A DNA stretch of 64,000 bases, taken from Narcine bancroftii. Its lineage: Eukaryota. This document shows positions 11,931 to 24,380 of this stretch, piece after piece (positions within the stretch are counted from its first letter, which is position 1; each line of letters opens with the position of its first letter). The notes under the pieces were generated by a model, which was given only the letters and a program-made list of their open reading frames with translations, was not told the origin of the DNA and did no database searches. The translations under genes and the position numbers were made by a program. Where the stretch lies: NCBI RefSeq assembly GCF_036971445.1, contig NC_091480.1, forward strand, positions 30,814,001 through 30,878,000. The letters are read 5' to 3'.

Positions 11931-13605
11931 TGATGGCTGATGTCTCAAGCATTTATGCTTAGAATTCTGATTTGGAACATCAGATTGCTTTCATGCAGAG
12001 TCAAGCTGTAGCTGTGGAAATTTAGTGTTAAAAGGAATTTGAAATGCGTAACTGCTTTTCGCCAAGCTTTCCTCCAACACATACAAAAAAAAATGATGAG
12101 ACCAGCTGATGAGAAAGAGAACAATAACCTTTTTTGGACTACAAGCCCAGTTATGGTGAAGTTTGCCATCGACTGTCCAGCCATTCCCATGCCTTGCACC
12201 TCATGAACTTTGTCACTTTATGGAAAGAATACTATAGAGCTCAATCCTGCTGCCTATCCACATGCTGCACCCATCAGGATGGCAGGATTCATCATCTCAT
12301 CATTGCTTACCTGTCCAGATACCTGCCACTCATGACGAGAAGTGCAAAGCAAGCCAGGTCTTCTGGGCCCAATTATGTGCAGTATCAAATCCCATCTGTC
12401 AGCTCTCTTTTATAAACAAATAGGATTTCATTAGCTTATTCAATGAACTTCCTTTTCACATCATTAATTCCCATTAAAGAATTGATGATATACAAACTGC
12501 TTCAGAAATAAGGAATTGCAACTGTACTGCGGATACCTGGCATTCTTCTGGAGTTTGTGCTCCCTGTGATCACACTCCCGCTGTATGCTGAGAGAGTTGA
12601 ATTCCAATTGGTTCATTAAAGTAGCAAAGTTCATAAGGTGCATGCAAGGAATGCCTGAGCAGTCAAACAGTGGAGATCTACAATCCAACATACTTGTGTT
12701 CTTGCAATTGCAGGAGAGATTGGGAAGAAGCAATGTCTCTATATAATGGTCTTCCTCATGAATCAACTCACTGCAAACTGCAGCATCCATCTCTAGAGGA
12801 GCCTGGAAAAATACAGATGCATAAAGGCTAAGCTGCCATTGTCATACTGACAATGAAATGCAATACTATCCTTGCTTTGCCCTAAAGTTTCAAGGGTGGC
12901 TTTTCTTTTTCAGTCATGGCTTTGTCTGTGAAGACAAGGCCGAGGCCATTAATTGGGTTGTTGAGATGAGTTAAATGAGATACTGCACAATGCACATTCA
13001 ACTTTATCCTGAGAGCCTTTCACCCAGTTTTCATCCTACTTCTTCTACAACATTTCCCATCATTCTCTGTTGTAAGGTGGCTAGGTCGGCTAAATTCGTG
13101 GAGAAAAATTCAAACATACCTTTTCATGGAGCAGCCCTAAAAGGCTGCTCTTGCACCACTTTCATGAATAGCGGCACCTCTGCAGCTGATTGAGGCAGAG
13201 TGACTGGTACCGAAGTGCTGCCCGCTGAGTTGACGTCATTCCCATGCGCTGAGTGTGGAAAGAGCCCTATAGTGGAGAATGGAGACCCCAGAGCGGGTAG
13301 GAAAGTTGATTGGGAGGTTTGCAGTGTCCAGGCAGAAATACTTCCCGGCCGTGCACGATGTCAGCGTTTTAAAAATCCCATTCCTGCATCTCAGACTGAC
13401 GACGTCACCACGATATCATCAGTCCACCCCTAGCCAGCAACAGTACATTCATCATGTGTGGTGGAGCGCTGCGCTCCACCATTGACACTACTGTAGTCAG
13501 CACCTTGGAGCTGGTCGGGGAGCATTCATGAAGGTAAGTTTTCCGATGTGAGGGCAGAGAATCTCCACCTTTACGTTCGGATTTTTTTGCTTTATGGGTT
13601 AAATG

Positions 13606-13804
13606 TGTGGTGGTATGTTATTACACCACTAGGTCACCAGATGGCTCACCTGGTGACCTTGCATATATAAACCGGTTACGATTCATCTCTCTTCATTCTG
13701 GCCTTGGCTTGCACAGAGGCAAGGCCAAGTTGTATATATTAGTCTATTAAAACTAGCGTTTTACCTGCACTCTGTCTCGTGTAGTTTGATGCTAGTCGCC
13801 ATCA
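13606..13804 (+). mobile_element. Short solo LTR (199 bp)
   Basis: TGTGG...ATCA termini, TSD AAATG (13601-13605 and 13805-13809), internal TATATAAA and ATTAAA. Confidence 0.8.
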
Positions 13805-14324
13805 AAATGGAAGCCAGAATAACAGACTATTGAATCACCAACATAGTCTGTAAGTCTCCCGATGACCACCTGAAGCCATAACAAGCACATATAAATACGT
13901 TAACATCATAAAGAAGCAAACCTGTAAATTGTTTCAAATCACTTTAAGTCACTCCAGCAGGAGAATCCTTCAGGCATTAATGTCACACTTGGCTTAAGCA
14001 AGCGACAGGTCAGGGTGCAGAATTTTAAAATGGCACTGGAAAGTTAAATCAGCATTGAACAGTGGTTGGTGTCGTAAATTGCTGCTGGTTCCATGGACAC
14101 AATCCTTTTATCAAATGACCTTGGTTGCAGTTTATTCAGAAACATGTACACGATCGTAGCTGATATTTTTGAGCATATGATGACCATGTTGCACCTTAAA
14201 ATAATAGTCTCCAGGGAACAATTTCTCATTAATCTGTTCATCAACACTCTGGGAATGACCTGAGGGAAACTCGTTTGCACCCCTTGCCCAACAGGCCATA
14301 ATTTTCTTTCAATCTGGGTTGAAA

Positions 14325-14470
14325 CTGCTGAACTTTGTCTGGTAAAGTTAATGTTATAAGTATAATTTATCAGGTTAATTATAAGAGAAATTGTTGCTTA
14401 AGAATATAAAGCCTAACTTGATCTTTGTATTTTTAAATCAAGATAAAAGATACACGTAACCAATCACATT
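14325..14470 (+). promoter_or_regulatory. Candidate gut/liver-type proximal promoter or enhancer of the ENPP7-like gene
   Basis: HNF4-like TGAACTTTG 14329-14337, HNF1-like GTTAATGTTATAA 14347 and GGTTAATTATAAG 14373, GATA sites 14367 and 14441, TATAAA 14405, CCAAT 14460, all within ~240 bp of the ATG. Confidence 0.5.
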
Positions 14471-14560
14471 CAGAAGCGCTGATTAAAGTTGCCCCATGTC
14501 ATTTTGTCATTCTCTTTCAGTTGCTAAACAACCTCATCTGAATTATTGTTTCAACTCAAC

Positions 14561-14828
14561 ATGGAAACTGGCATGAAGTCTTTAATTTTCATTGCACTGA
14601 CATCTTTCTTGGTAACTGTGGTGAGATGTGTGCCAATCCAACAGGCCAACAGCAGCAAGAAGCCAAATAAACTCTTGTTGATTTCTTTTGATGGATTTCG
14701 TTGGAATTATGATCAGGACGTAGAGACACCGCATCTGGACTACTTGGTAACAAGGGGAGTGAAGGCAAAATATATTAATCCACCTTTTGTAACCATGACA
14801 TCACCTTCACATTTCACAACCATCACAG
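14561..14828 (+). CDS. ENPP7: ENPP7-like alkaline sphingomyelinase, coding exon 1 of 6 (485 aa in total)
   Basis: Signal peptide, LLLISFDGFRWNYDQDVETP, and the catalytic Thr motif TMTSPSHFT diagnostic of ENPP7. Donor G|GT, phase 1. Confidence 0.93.
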
Positions 14829-15924
14829 GTGGGATTTCAGAGAAAATGAAATTTAAATTAAAAATTTGATTATGTTGAATTTGTTCAAAGTGTTTATTGA
14901 TTGAATGTATACTCATTTTAGAATGAAAATTATTTGAATGAGACCTGCAGGTACAATATAGTGGAGTTTGAGAATATTGAAATGCAGAACTTGCCGACAG
15001 ATTCTTTTTTGATATCTGTAACTATGTTTTGCCATTTGAACTTCACATCCACGATCTGTGAGCCTACTTATCTGAAGGGAGATTTTAAAATTGTGAAGAA
15101 TTGGTTAAATTATTTCAATATATGTATGTTTTCTTTAATGTGTTTAAATGTTTAAAAAAGGGGTTATATCGGAATGGTCTTCAACTTGAAGTATTAAGGT
15201 TGTTTCTCCTTTGTTACTGCCTGACCTGCTGGGTGTGTCCACCATTTATTATTTTTATTTCAGGATATTAGGATCTTGGAGGCATGTTGCTTTCCTTGTG
15301 GTCATTATTAAACTTGGATGATTTTGGAGATTTAGTGTTTATAAAATCATGAGATGCATTGATAGGGTTGGCAGTCAGAATCTTTTCCCCAGGGTAAAAG
15401 TGTCACTCTCGAGAGGCCATGCATTTAAGGCGACGGGGAGGAGGTTGAAGGGAGATGTGCAGGAGAAATATTTTAAAGCGCAAGCAGAAGAGTTTTAATT
15501 TGATTTTGACATCACACTTGGCACAGACACATGGGTGAAAGGACCTGTCCTATCCTGTACTGTTGTATGAATCTCAGTACGTTGATGCTGGGAACTCTAT
15601 AGCTAATCTACTCCGCAGTGTGCCGATGATGGTGGGAAAATGGTTAAAGTTATTTTTAATTATCCTCCTAACAAGTAAACAATCTAATAGATTTATTTTA
15701 GTTCAAATTTCAGGGAGAAGTTTTGTGCCTGGGCTATAAACTGGGATTAAAGGGCATATCATATTATTTGTTCTTCACAGCACGCCAAGTGGTCTGTCAG
15801 CACTTTCTTTTATGACTGTCATTGTGAAACACAGAAGTGAATTCATTCAGAGGAAAGAGATGTTGTCAAAGAAAAACTGATCTGAATTTTGCACATGATT
15901 CCCCTTTATATTTATTTTGTTTAG

Positions 15925-16112
15925 TGTGGTAAACCACACTACTGCCGGCTGGACATGCCTCCCGAGACCGATCTTACTTATAACCCCTTTGCAAGCTCCC
16001 CACTCTTCCTGCCATGATCAGTCGATGAGGTTCGTTGCTGCTCCAGTCTAGAGTCAATAAAAGCCTATCAGTTTCACAACCTCAGTCTTTTGTGGTAATT
16101 AATGGTGTATCG
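15925..16112 (+). mobile_element. Short solo LTR (188 bp) in ENPP7 intron 1
   Basis: TGTGGTAAAC...GGTGTATCG, TSD TTTAG on both sides, internal TATAA and AATAAA. Confidence 0.8.
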
Positions 16113-16834
16113 TTTAGTCTGATAAAGGAACTTAGTTACAGTTTCCAAAAAGATGTACACTTCCTGCAGCCCCAGTGCATACTTCATTTTCCCAGTAGGT
16201 GCAAAATTTTTCTTTGAAACTGAAGTGAATAATACAGTTTTATTGTCGTCTACACAGATGTATGGAAAACTGAATACCTATTGACAATATTTCTTGAACT
16301 CAAGGAACTCTACAAATTGTAGTTGCAACCATTTTTCCCACATCAAACCAGTCACAGAAAAGCTGGTTCAAGTATGCACAGAATCTATACAAATTGATAA
16401 TAATAACATAAGATGTCACAAGCAGGAGAAGAAATATTTACTTACCGTAACTTTAAGGAAAATGACTAACTCACTTGAAATGCTAAATGTTAGATCTGTT
16501 GGATTCTAATACAGCAGAGAAACAGGCCCTTTGCCTTCTGAGTCTACTGAGACTATTGAGAACCAATTTATACTAATCCCATGTTATTCTTTTCACATTC
16601 CCATCAACTCCTCCCAATTCTACCAGTCACCAAAGGTAGTTTATAAATTATCCTACCCATCCATGTCTTGGGATGCAGTAGGAGACCCAACTACTGTCTC
16701 AACCATTTTGTTGCCCCTGAAAATTCTTCAAAACATAAGGAATAGGGAAGAACAAATCCAATGATCTGAGATATTTTTAAAATTTAGACATACAGTACAG
16801 CATGGTAACAGACCATTTTTGGTCCATGAGACCA

Positions 16835-17074
16835 TGTAGAGCTTGTCGAAAGAACCAAAGACTTGTTGATCCAAACCAAGGCTTTTATTAGCAAAAGACC
16901 GGAGCTCTTCACAGGTGGCCGACCAGTCCGGAATGATCCGACCTGGCTAGGGACACAACCCTTTAAAGCCCAGACAATAGGTGTGGCTTAGCTCTCAGCC
17001 AATCGCTGTAAGCACAGTCTAGATACAGTAACTATATACACTATGTACATTGGTGATAGATCTGTACTATCACA
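16835..17074 (-). mobile_element. Solo LTR (240 bp) inserted in a SINE
   Basis: TGTAG...TCACA termini, TSD GACCA (16830-16834 and 17075-17079); SINE sequence resumes on both sides. Confidence 0.88.
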
Positions 17075-17397
17075 GACCATGCCGCCCAATTTACACCCGA
17101 TTAACCTACAACCCCCGGTATGTTCTGAACAGTGGAAGGCCCCAAAGAAAACACACACAGACACAGGGAGAAGGTACAAACAGTCAGTGCAGGATTTGAA
17201 CCCCAGTCCTGATCGCTGTTGAGCTAACTGCTACGCTAACCGTGCCACCCTATGAAATGAACATCTTAGTTTCCAACTTTTAAGCAAGACATTAATTATT
17301 TTAGAATGGAGCAGGGTATAATGTATTCTATTTGAGAATGCTGCTCTCTGTCCCATGTTGGTTAAGTTGCTGAAGTTACATTTGTTTTCTTTCACAG

Positions 17398-17543
17398 GGC
17401 GGTGGATTGAAGATCATGGAGTTGTTCACAATATGTTTTACAACACAAAGTCCATGCTTAAACTACCACATAAACTCACATTAGGGAAGACTGAATGGTG
17501 GGATAATGGAATACTTCCTTTATGGATTACAGCTCAAAATCAG
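17398..17543 (+). CDS. ENPP7: ENPP7-like exon 2
   Basis: ttcacag|GG acceptor; RWIEDHGVVHNMFYN...WWDNGILPLWITAQNQ; 146 nt; CAG|GT donor. Confidence 0.95.
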
Positions 17544-18173
17544 GTTTGTTTGTACTTGGATTTGCTTTAATTGTTACACAAATCATCCAAGCACCAAATT
17601 AATTGGAATCATTGAATCATTCAGCACAAAAAAGAGCCCTCTGGCTTATCTCGTGCATGCCCACTGTGATGCCTCTCTTTACTAATAATACCATTTGCCA
17701 GCATTAGTCCCCTATCCCTCTATGTCTTTCCTATCCAAATACCCGTCCAAAGGCCTTTAGCTTCCACCACCTCCTCTGGAACCTTGCTCTGGATATTGAC
17801 CATCATCTGTGTGTAAAACCTAACCCTTTAAATTTTTTAATTACTTTAGTGGGAGTTGTGGAAAAGATAAGTATAATGAGATGGATTCAAACAGGGAGGT
17901 AAAGGCATATTTCACTATAATGAATGTTTAAGGAGCTTGGCCTTTCTAAGGACAGCGGGGCAACTAGAAGTGGGATTTCTATTCATTTTCCATCCAGTCA
18001 TGTCAAAAACTATATTGTAACAATCATACTCTCATTCTGGCTAACTCATCAGGCTGATTCAGCCACTATTCTTCCCAGATAGTACACATGAAGTACATTT
18101 TCCCATTGAAGCACTGAACGAGCCACTACCAAGAGCCTTTTGACAGCATTCTCACATGTTTGGCTGCAGGCCA

Positions 18174-18277
18174 CTTCAACTCTCCTTCCCATTCCCACAT
18201 CAACCTATCTGTCCTGGGCCTTCTCGTTTATGGGAATGCATGAAGATAATATGTGCCACATATTGTTGCCTCACAGA
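18174..18277. repeat. Left arm of a 104-bp inverted repeat (partner 21565-21668)
   Basis: Reverse complement of 21565-21668 with 2 mismatches by manual alignment. Confidence 0.93.
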
Positions 18278-18353
18278 TGTGCAAATTATGGGGAGTTAAT
18301 TTTCATCATTCGGAAATAGCACATAACAAGATTATTTTGAATTCTGCATTCAG

Positions 18354-18977
18354 GGAAAAAAAGTTGCATCGTTCCATTACCCAGGAGGAAATGTGACCTA
18401 TGGTGGGCAAGCAGTGTACAGATCTCTGGGGGAATCACTTACTCATCCAGATTCGAATGAGACAGAATGGAGAGTCAATATTGATATGGTCTTGGATTGG
18501 TTTGAAAAAGAAGACTTTGATTTTGTTACTCTTTACTACGGAGAACCTGACAATGTTGGGCACAAATTGGGTCCAGAAACACCACAGAGGCGAGATATAA
18601 TCCGACAAATCGACCGAACCATTGGCTATTTAGTATCTAGTATTGATAGGTATAATCTGAAGGACAGATTAAATGTAATAATAACCTCAGACCATGGAAT
18701 GACAACAATAAAGAAATCCCCTGAGGTTGATGAAATCCATCTGTCAAAATATATCAATTTTAAAAATATTAAGTTTGAATTATTAGACTATGGAGGATTG
18801 GGAATGCTTATGCCAAAAGAAGGAAAAACTGAAGAAGTCTACCAGGCACTGAAGAATGCACATCCTCACTTAAAAGTATATAAAAAGGAAGAATTTTCGG
18901 AAAGGTTTCACTACAGTAAAAATGATCGTCTTTTGCCCATCCTTGTTTATGGAGACAATGGCTACAATGTAAATGGG
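18354..18977 (+). CDS. ENPP7: ENPP7-like exon 3
   Basis: ttcag| acceptor; GKKVASFHYPGG, zinc ligands GEPDNVGH and ITSDHGM; 624 nt; GGG|GTAAGT donor. Confidence 0.96.
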
Positions 18978-20419
18978 GTAAGTGGCAAATGCAATTGCTT
19001 CTTTTTAATTAAGGAAGGGGTAAATAAGACAGGTATTTGTATGGCAGCTGAGAGTCAATGTAACGCAATCAAAGTCATGAATCTGCATATTCTGTATATA
19101 TGGCCATTATGAACAAACAGTAATTGTGAATGGCAAAGTAATCTGATGTATGTTCCTTTAGAACATGCTTATTTCTTTCCACTGTCTTGTCAACAACTAC
19201 TACAAATGATTTATGATTTTAGGGGAGAAGGGATCATGAGCTGCAGGGACCTGTTTCTGTGTTGATGGTCTAAAAAAAAAGTCTGTGTGTGTGCTGATTC
19301 ATGCTTTATTCTGTCTGTTTGCTCTGTCCTGTTCATTCAGGCAGCAGAAAACACCGCAACAACAAAGCAATGGCTACGTAGTCATAGTCATTGTACAGGG
19401 AAGGTGTAATACAGCCTTCGGCTGACTATGAAGCACCCATTTACACTAATCCTACCCTGATCCCATTTTTTTCTCCCACCTTTCTCATTCTATCTGCCAC
19501 TGATACAATGGGCAATTTATCATGATAAGTTGACCTACCAATCCACATGCCTTTGCGATGTGGGAGAAGGTGCCAACTCGTGACAGACAGCAGCGGAGGG
19601 CAGGATCGTGCCTTGATCACTGGGACTATGAGGCATTAGTCCTGCTACCTTCTAAAATATGCTGCCCTTCTTTCTCTTTAATTCTGTACCCCTATTTTAC
19701 CTTTAGGAGTTAATCAAGAAAATCTAGAGAAGCTGGGGTCCTGGCAATGCACACAAGTACTGTGGAAACTCAGCAGGTCACTCAGCATCCACTGAGCCTG
19801 AGCCCTTCATTGGGAATGTGACAAAGGGCTCAGGCCTGAATTGTTGATTGTCTTTTACTTTCTATGGATGCTGCACGATCTGCTTAGTTTTTCCAGCACT
19901 TTTGAGTACTCCCTGCTACTTTTCTTCACAAGCAAACCAATTCTTGCTACACACCATTCCAGCTGTACTGCTAGATGCTGTGAAATAGAACGAATGGAAA
20001 AGCCTTCATATTCTCTTTACCATTCTCAGCACGTCCAGAAAAGTTGAAATCCCAACACTGTAGTACCAGCTCACTTTAACAAACTTCACTGATCACTGAA
20101 ATGGTCTTTGCCACTTCATTTTCACTTTTCTTTTCTACTTATGGTTTTCATCACACCATTTTCTTAATTGGCTTCCAGATTCCCAATTGAACTGCATCCC
20201 TTACTTTGTTTAAAGATAGGACATGGGCGGACATTAGCCTCGCCATTATTTTTGTAGCAAATCCAGGGCCTATATGATCTCAAGTTCAATAAAAAGATTA
20301 CAAATTTGATTAGTTTATAAGACAACTACTGTAAATTTTTGAATACAAAACAAAATACTGGATATTTTCACTGTCTGAGCAACCTGAGAATGCTAGAGAG
20401 TGACTATTTATCATTTCAG

Positions 20420-20657
20420 AGAATCATAATTTATGTCAACAAAGGAGACCATGGATTTGACAATGAAGAAATGGATATGAAAATAATTTTCCGAGCATTT
20501 GGCCCAGATTTTAAGAGTTCTTATTTGGCAGAACCCTTTGACAGTATTCACATCTATCCTTTGATGTGCAAGTTATTGGGAGTGATACCTGAAGCAAACA
20601 ATGGATCGCTGGCACCCACTGAAGGGATGCTGGTATATTCACCTGACAAAATAACAG
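20420..20657 (+). CDS. ENPP7: ENPP7-like exon 4
   Basis: tttcag| acceptor; NKGDHGFDNEEMDMKIIFRAFGPDF...IYPLMCKLLG...NNGS; phase-1 donor G|GTATTT. Confidence 0.95.
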
Positions 20658-21339
20658 GTATTTAAAGAGCTGCTTCTTATGCATCTACTGTATATATTGT
20701 ATAACATAAACATGTAACTTGAAAAGGAAGATATTTTACTTGTTTAATTGGTGTGCAGACAAATTCATTTTAAATGGAAGCTGAAAACTTAATTGAACAG
20801 CAACTTTTGCTTATCCTGACCTTGAGAGACAAAGAGAGAGAGAGCTGGTGAGGAGGAAGAGAGGTTGGAGGTCAAATCTGGGGAATCTAAACATACTTCT
20901 GGTACTAAAGAAATCAGAAGAATCCAGTGGGGAGATGGGGGTGTAAATAGAACAAAAAAGGAGTGAGGGTATGAGAATGGGTTGGGGGGGGGGTAACTGA
21001 ATGAGAAATGTGTCAAAAAAATGGCAGGGAAGAGAAGAAAGGATACAAAAGAAAAGAAAGGGGACAGATTACCTGAAATTAGAAAATTCTATGATCATAC
21101 CACTGAGCAGTTGACTGCTCAGGCAGAATATGAGGCATTGTTCTAGCTTACATTGGGCCTCACCCTGGCATTGTAGAATCCAGTGTATTTTCCCTTTGGA
21201 AATAACATCACTTGAGCAAAGATGTAAGCATGTCTTTATTCATTTGAAGATGGGGCCAGACTGAAACTCTCTCAACAATGCAAACTACGTACCTGATGTC
21301 ACCTGTGCATGTATGTTCCCACAACACTCTTTCCTCTCG

Positions 21340-21610
21340 TACAAATGTTTTGTACTTACTAGTAAATGGCCATCACAACTGAATTCACATTGATTTTGCT
21401 GGTCTGTTTATGGGGAAATTTTTTCTGATTATTGTGGATGCCTTATAGTAGTGCCAATGCGGTCAAAACAATAAACTATGAGGTGTGCTTGCAGCATATG
21501 GATTACCCATAGAACTGGTTTCAGACAATGGACCTCAATTTGTGTCAGATGCTTTCAAACAGTTTCTGTGAGGCAACAATATGTGGCACATATTATCTTC
21601 ATGCATTTCC
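21340..21610 (+). mobile_element. Gypsy integrase core fragment
   Basis: Encodes YGLPIELVSDNGPQFVSDAFKQFL (rve SDNG motif) with upstream LIIVDAYS. Confidence 0.8.
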
Positions 21611-21668
21611 ATAAATGAGAAGGCCCAGGACAGATAGGTTGATGTGGGAATGGGAAGGAGAGTTGAAG
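21565..21668. repeat. Right arm of the 104-bp inverted repeat (partner 18174-18277)
   Basis: Same alignment as the left arm; spans a Gypsy-integrase/Penelope-like junction. Confidence 0.93.
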
Positions 21669-24256
21669 CTCAGGATGGCCATTGTGGATAGAATAATGAT
21701 AAACCTGCTTTTATTCTCTGCATTTCCAGAACTGATGAAGGACTCTAGCCCAAAACATAATATGCTGATGCTGCCCAGCCCACTGAGTTCCTCCAGTAGA
21801 TTATATTTAGCTTCTGATTCCAGCATCTGTAATCCCCTATGTGTCTCCAGTGAACTTGCTTTTAGATATGAAGGCCTCTGATTTGTGTCTTGGTTTTCAA
21901 TACCTATCAATAGCAATAGTTTTCAATCTAAAACAAGTTGTGCCTACAAAATCAATCAATGCTTTGATAGCTTGTTCTATCATGATTCCAAAATAAGCCC
22001 AAACTGTCAAAACTATCAAGAATTCTGTATTCATCCCAAATTCCCTCTTCCAAACTGAACTCTGAGGAGTCCAAGGTTGGTGATAAGCCTCTTCAAAAAC
22101 CCCATTCTGCTGCTCTTTCCTCAAGGAAAGGAACTTGAGTCTTTCTGGGCAGTGAGCTTCCACAGCACAGCAGTGTCCTCCAAATTGAATAAGGTGTCTA
22201 TATTTCCATTGTCAGCCAAGGGAAAATGTTAGATATGGAAAATTTTGAGAACACTGAACGACCAAGGGAACTGCTCAAACTAATCATCCAAGACTCGCAC
22301 ATTTACAAAACAATATTTATTTATTTATGTGTAGATATGAACACTTGTACTGCATATGTATTGCTTGTCTGTTTGTGAGTTATGTTTGTGTGTGTGTCTC
22401 CATGTTTTTCACCAAGGTCAGACTGTACTTGTATAATCAGATGACAATAAATTTGACTTGATAAAATATTGAATGTCTACTTTCCCTCTGTCCTCAACTA
22501 TGAAAGCATAAGATATGAAACTGACATTAAAATAGGGGAGTGAATATTATGATAGACAAGTAACAGAGAATAGATGCTGCCTGGCCCACTGAGAGATTTC
22601 AGCTTTTATTTTCAATTGAGCAGATGTAAAACTGGTGAAGACTGGTAAGTCCCCTAACCTAAATGGAAGTCATTCTAGATTTCCAATATTTGAGGTAGAA
22701 ATAGCAAAGGCATTGATCTCATTGCACACAGGTGATGTTAGTCAGAGTACATCAGCATTCAAAGTAAGGCACAGGGATAAATCATGAAACTATACTTCTA
22801 ATGTCAGTGGAAAGAAATTTTTAGAAACACTGTTAGGGATAAAATAAACTTTGACTTGAAGTGGGATGGGTTAATCATTGTGGATCCAATGTGGAATTAA
22901 GGGAAAATGCATTATTGAATACAGAATTGACTAACCAACAATAAATAATGGATATTGGTGGATCGAGGTCTTTCAAACAGGGAGGTAGAGCCATATTTAG
23001 TTCTAGGTCTATTACTTCCTCTAATACAGCCATTCTCAACCATTATTTGGATCCTTCTCAAAGTTTATGGGACCCCTTCCATGTGAAGCAGTCAAGTTTT
23101 ACTAATTTCCGTACTTCTCTCCTAGCTTCTACATTTAATTTTTTTTTAACAATTATGATTTCAGCCCATTCCTTCCTCCTAAAAGTCTGAGAATGACTGC
23201 TCTAGCAGACTTGAGTGTCAGAACAAGACTGGACTGGTTTGGTGAAAACACACAATGCCGGAGAAACTCACATGTCAAATTGTCCTTTAAATAGCAAAGA
23301 GCCCTTCATCAAGGTATTGAAAAATGTCAGTAAGCAAAGAGTAAGGGGGAGGTGTGATCTGGATTGTCAGATACAGAGGATTGGATGAGATGACCCTCTG
23401 TTCCAGAGTTATCTTGCAAAGGGAAGTCAACCAATAGTAGTAAAGGGGCTTCAGCTGGCAGGCCATGATGGTTGTCCCTGGAATAGCCTCATCAGTCACA
23501 TTTAAGAACTATTTAAATTGATTAACATAATTATAAATGAATTAGAATACCTCAGCATACCAGAACCTAAAGGATTTGCATTCTGAGATGTTTCATAGAA
23601 TGATCCCTCCAGCTGATGAAGAATTATGCAATTTTTATTTCATTTTCAATATTTTAAAAGAAGAGATAATTGAATCAAGCGTATCAAAAAAAGGTTTTGG
23701 GAACAAATATAGGTACAGCTTGAAAAGTATATCGGGACTTAGGTAGGATATTCATCTTAATCTCATTAAATACATCCAATTAAGGACACTGAGAGAGGAG
23801 ACCATTGAGCTAAAGACTTCTTGGCGTGGTTCGTGAAGGTGAGAAAGTTCTTCTTAACCAAATTATTGATGTTCTTGGTAACAAGAACACCTAAATGATT
23901 AAACTGATTTTAGCAATTTTAGAAGTAATAGTAAGGTCTAGAGTGCTGGAAGAGTTCAAAACAAACATTTCACTTTTCCTGAGATTTAATTTATATCCTG
24001 AGAATTAACCAAATAGATGGAGTGATAAAATTGCTGGAATCAAATGATCAAGGTCAGATATATATAATAAAAGGCATCCACATAAAGCGAGACCTTATGA
24101 GGATTCCCACCTCTTATAATATCATATTATGCAATTTTTGAAATATTATACAGTAATATGTCCATTTTACGGTAAATTGTATATTTCAGCCAAAAGGTAA
24201 ATGTTTATGAACTTGGACAAAACAGTATGTTAAATTCAAGTCACATTCTCTTTTAG

Positions 24257-24380
24257 GTCCACAGGGGAACCAGGGGTCTACAATTCGCTCTGCAGTCATA
24301 GGATTGACTTCTGTCCTTGTGTTTCTGGTCATAGTGTTTTTCATTAATGTGGTATGGACTGCCATTAAAAGAAATAAAAG
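24257..24380 (+). CDS. ENPP7: ENPP7-like exon 5, transmembrane anchor (not in the ORF track)
   Basis: ctcttttag| acceptor in phase 1; GPQGNQGSTIRSAVIGLTSVLVFLVIVFFINVVWTAIKRNK (hydrophobic helix followed by basic stop-transfer residues); AG|GTAAGA donor, phase 2. Confidence 0.85.

Noticed and set aside
13100-13570. Perfect donor AAG|GTAAGT at 13533 in a CpG-containing patch, as a possible ENPP7 non-coding first exon
   Set aside because: It sits in one arm of an imperfect inverted-repeat, MITE-like element (matching ACATACCTTTTCATG near 13114); there is no independent support.
17190-17250. tRNA-like A and B boxes (also at ~4320-4390 and ~40490-40566)
   Set aside because: These are heads of repeated SINE copies with no complete cloverleaf, not tRNA genes.
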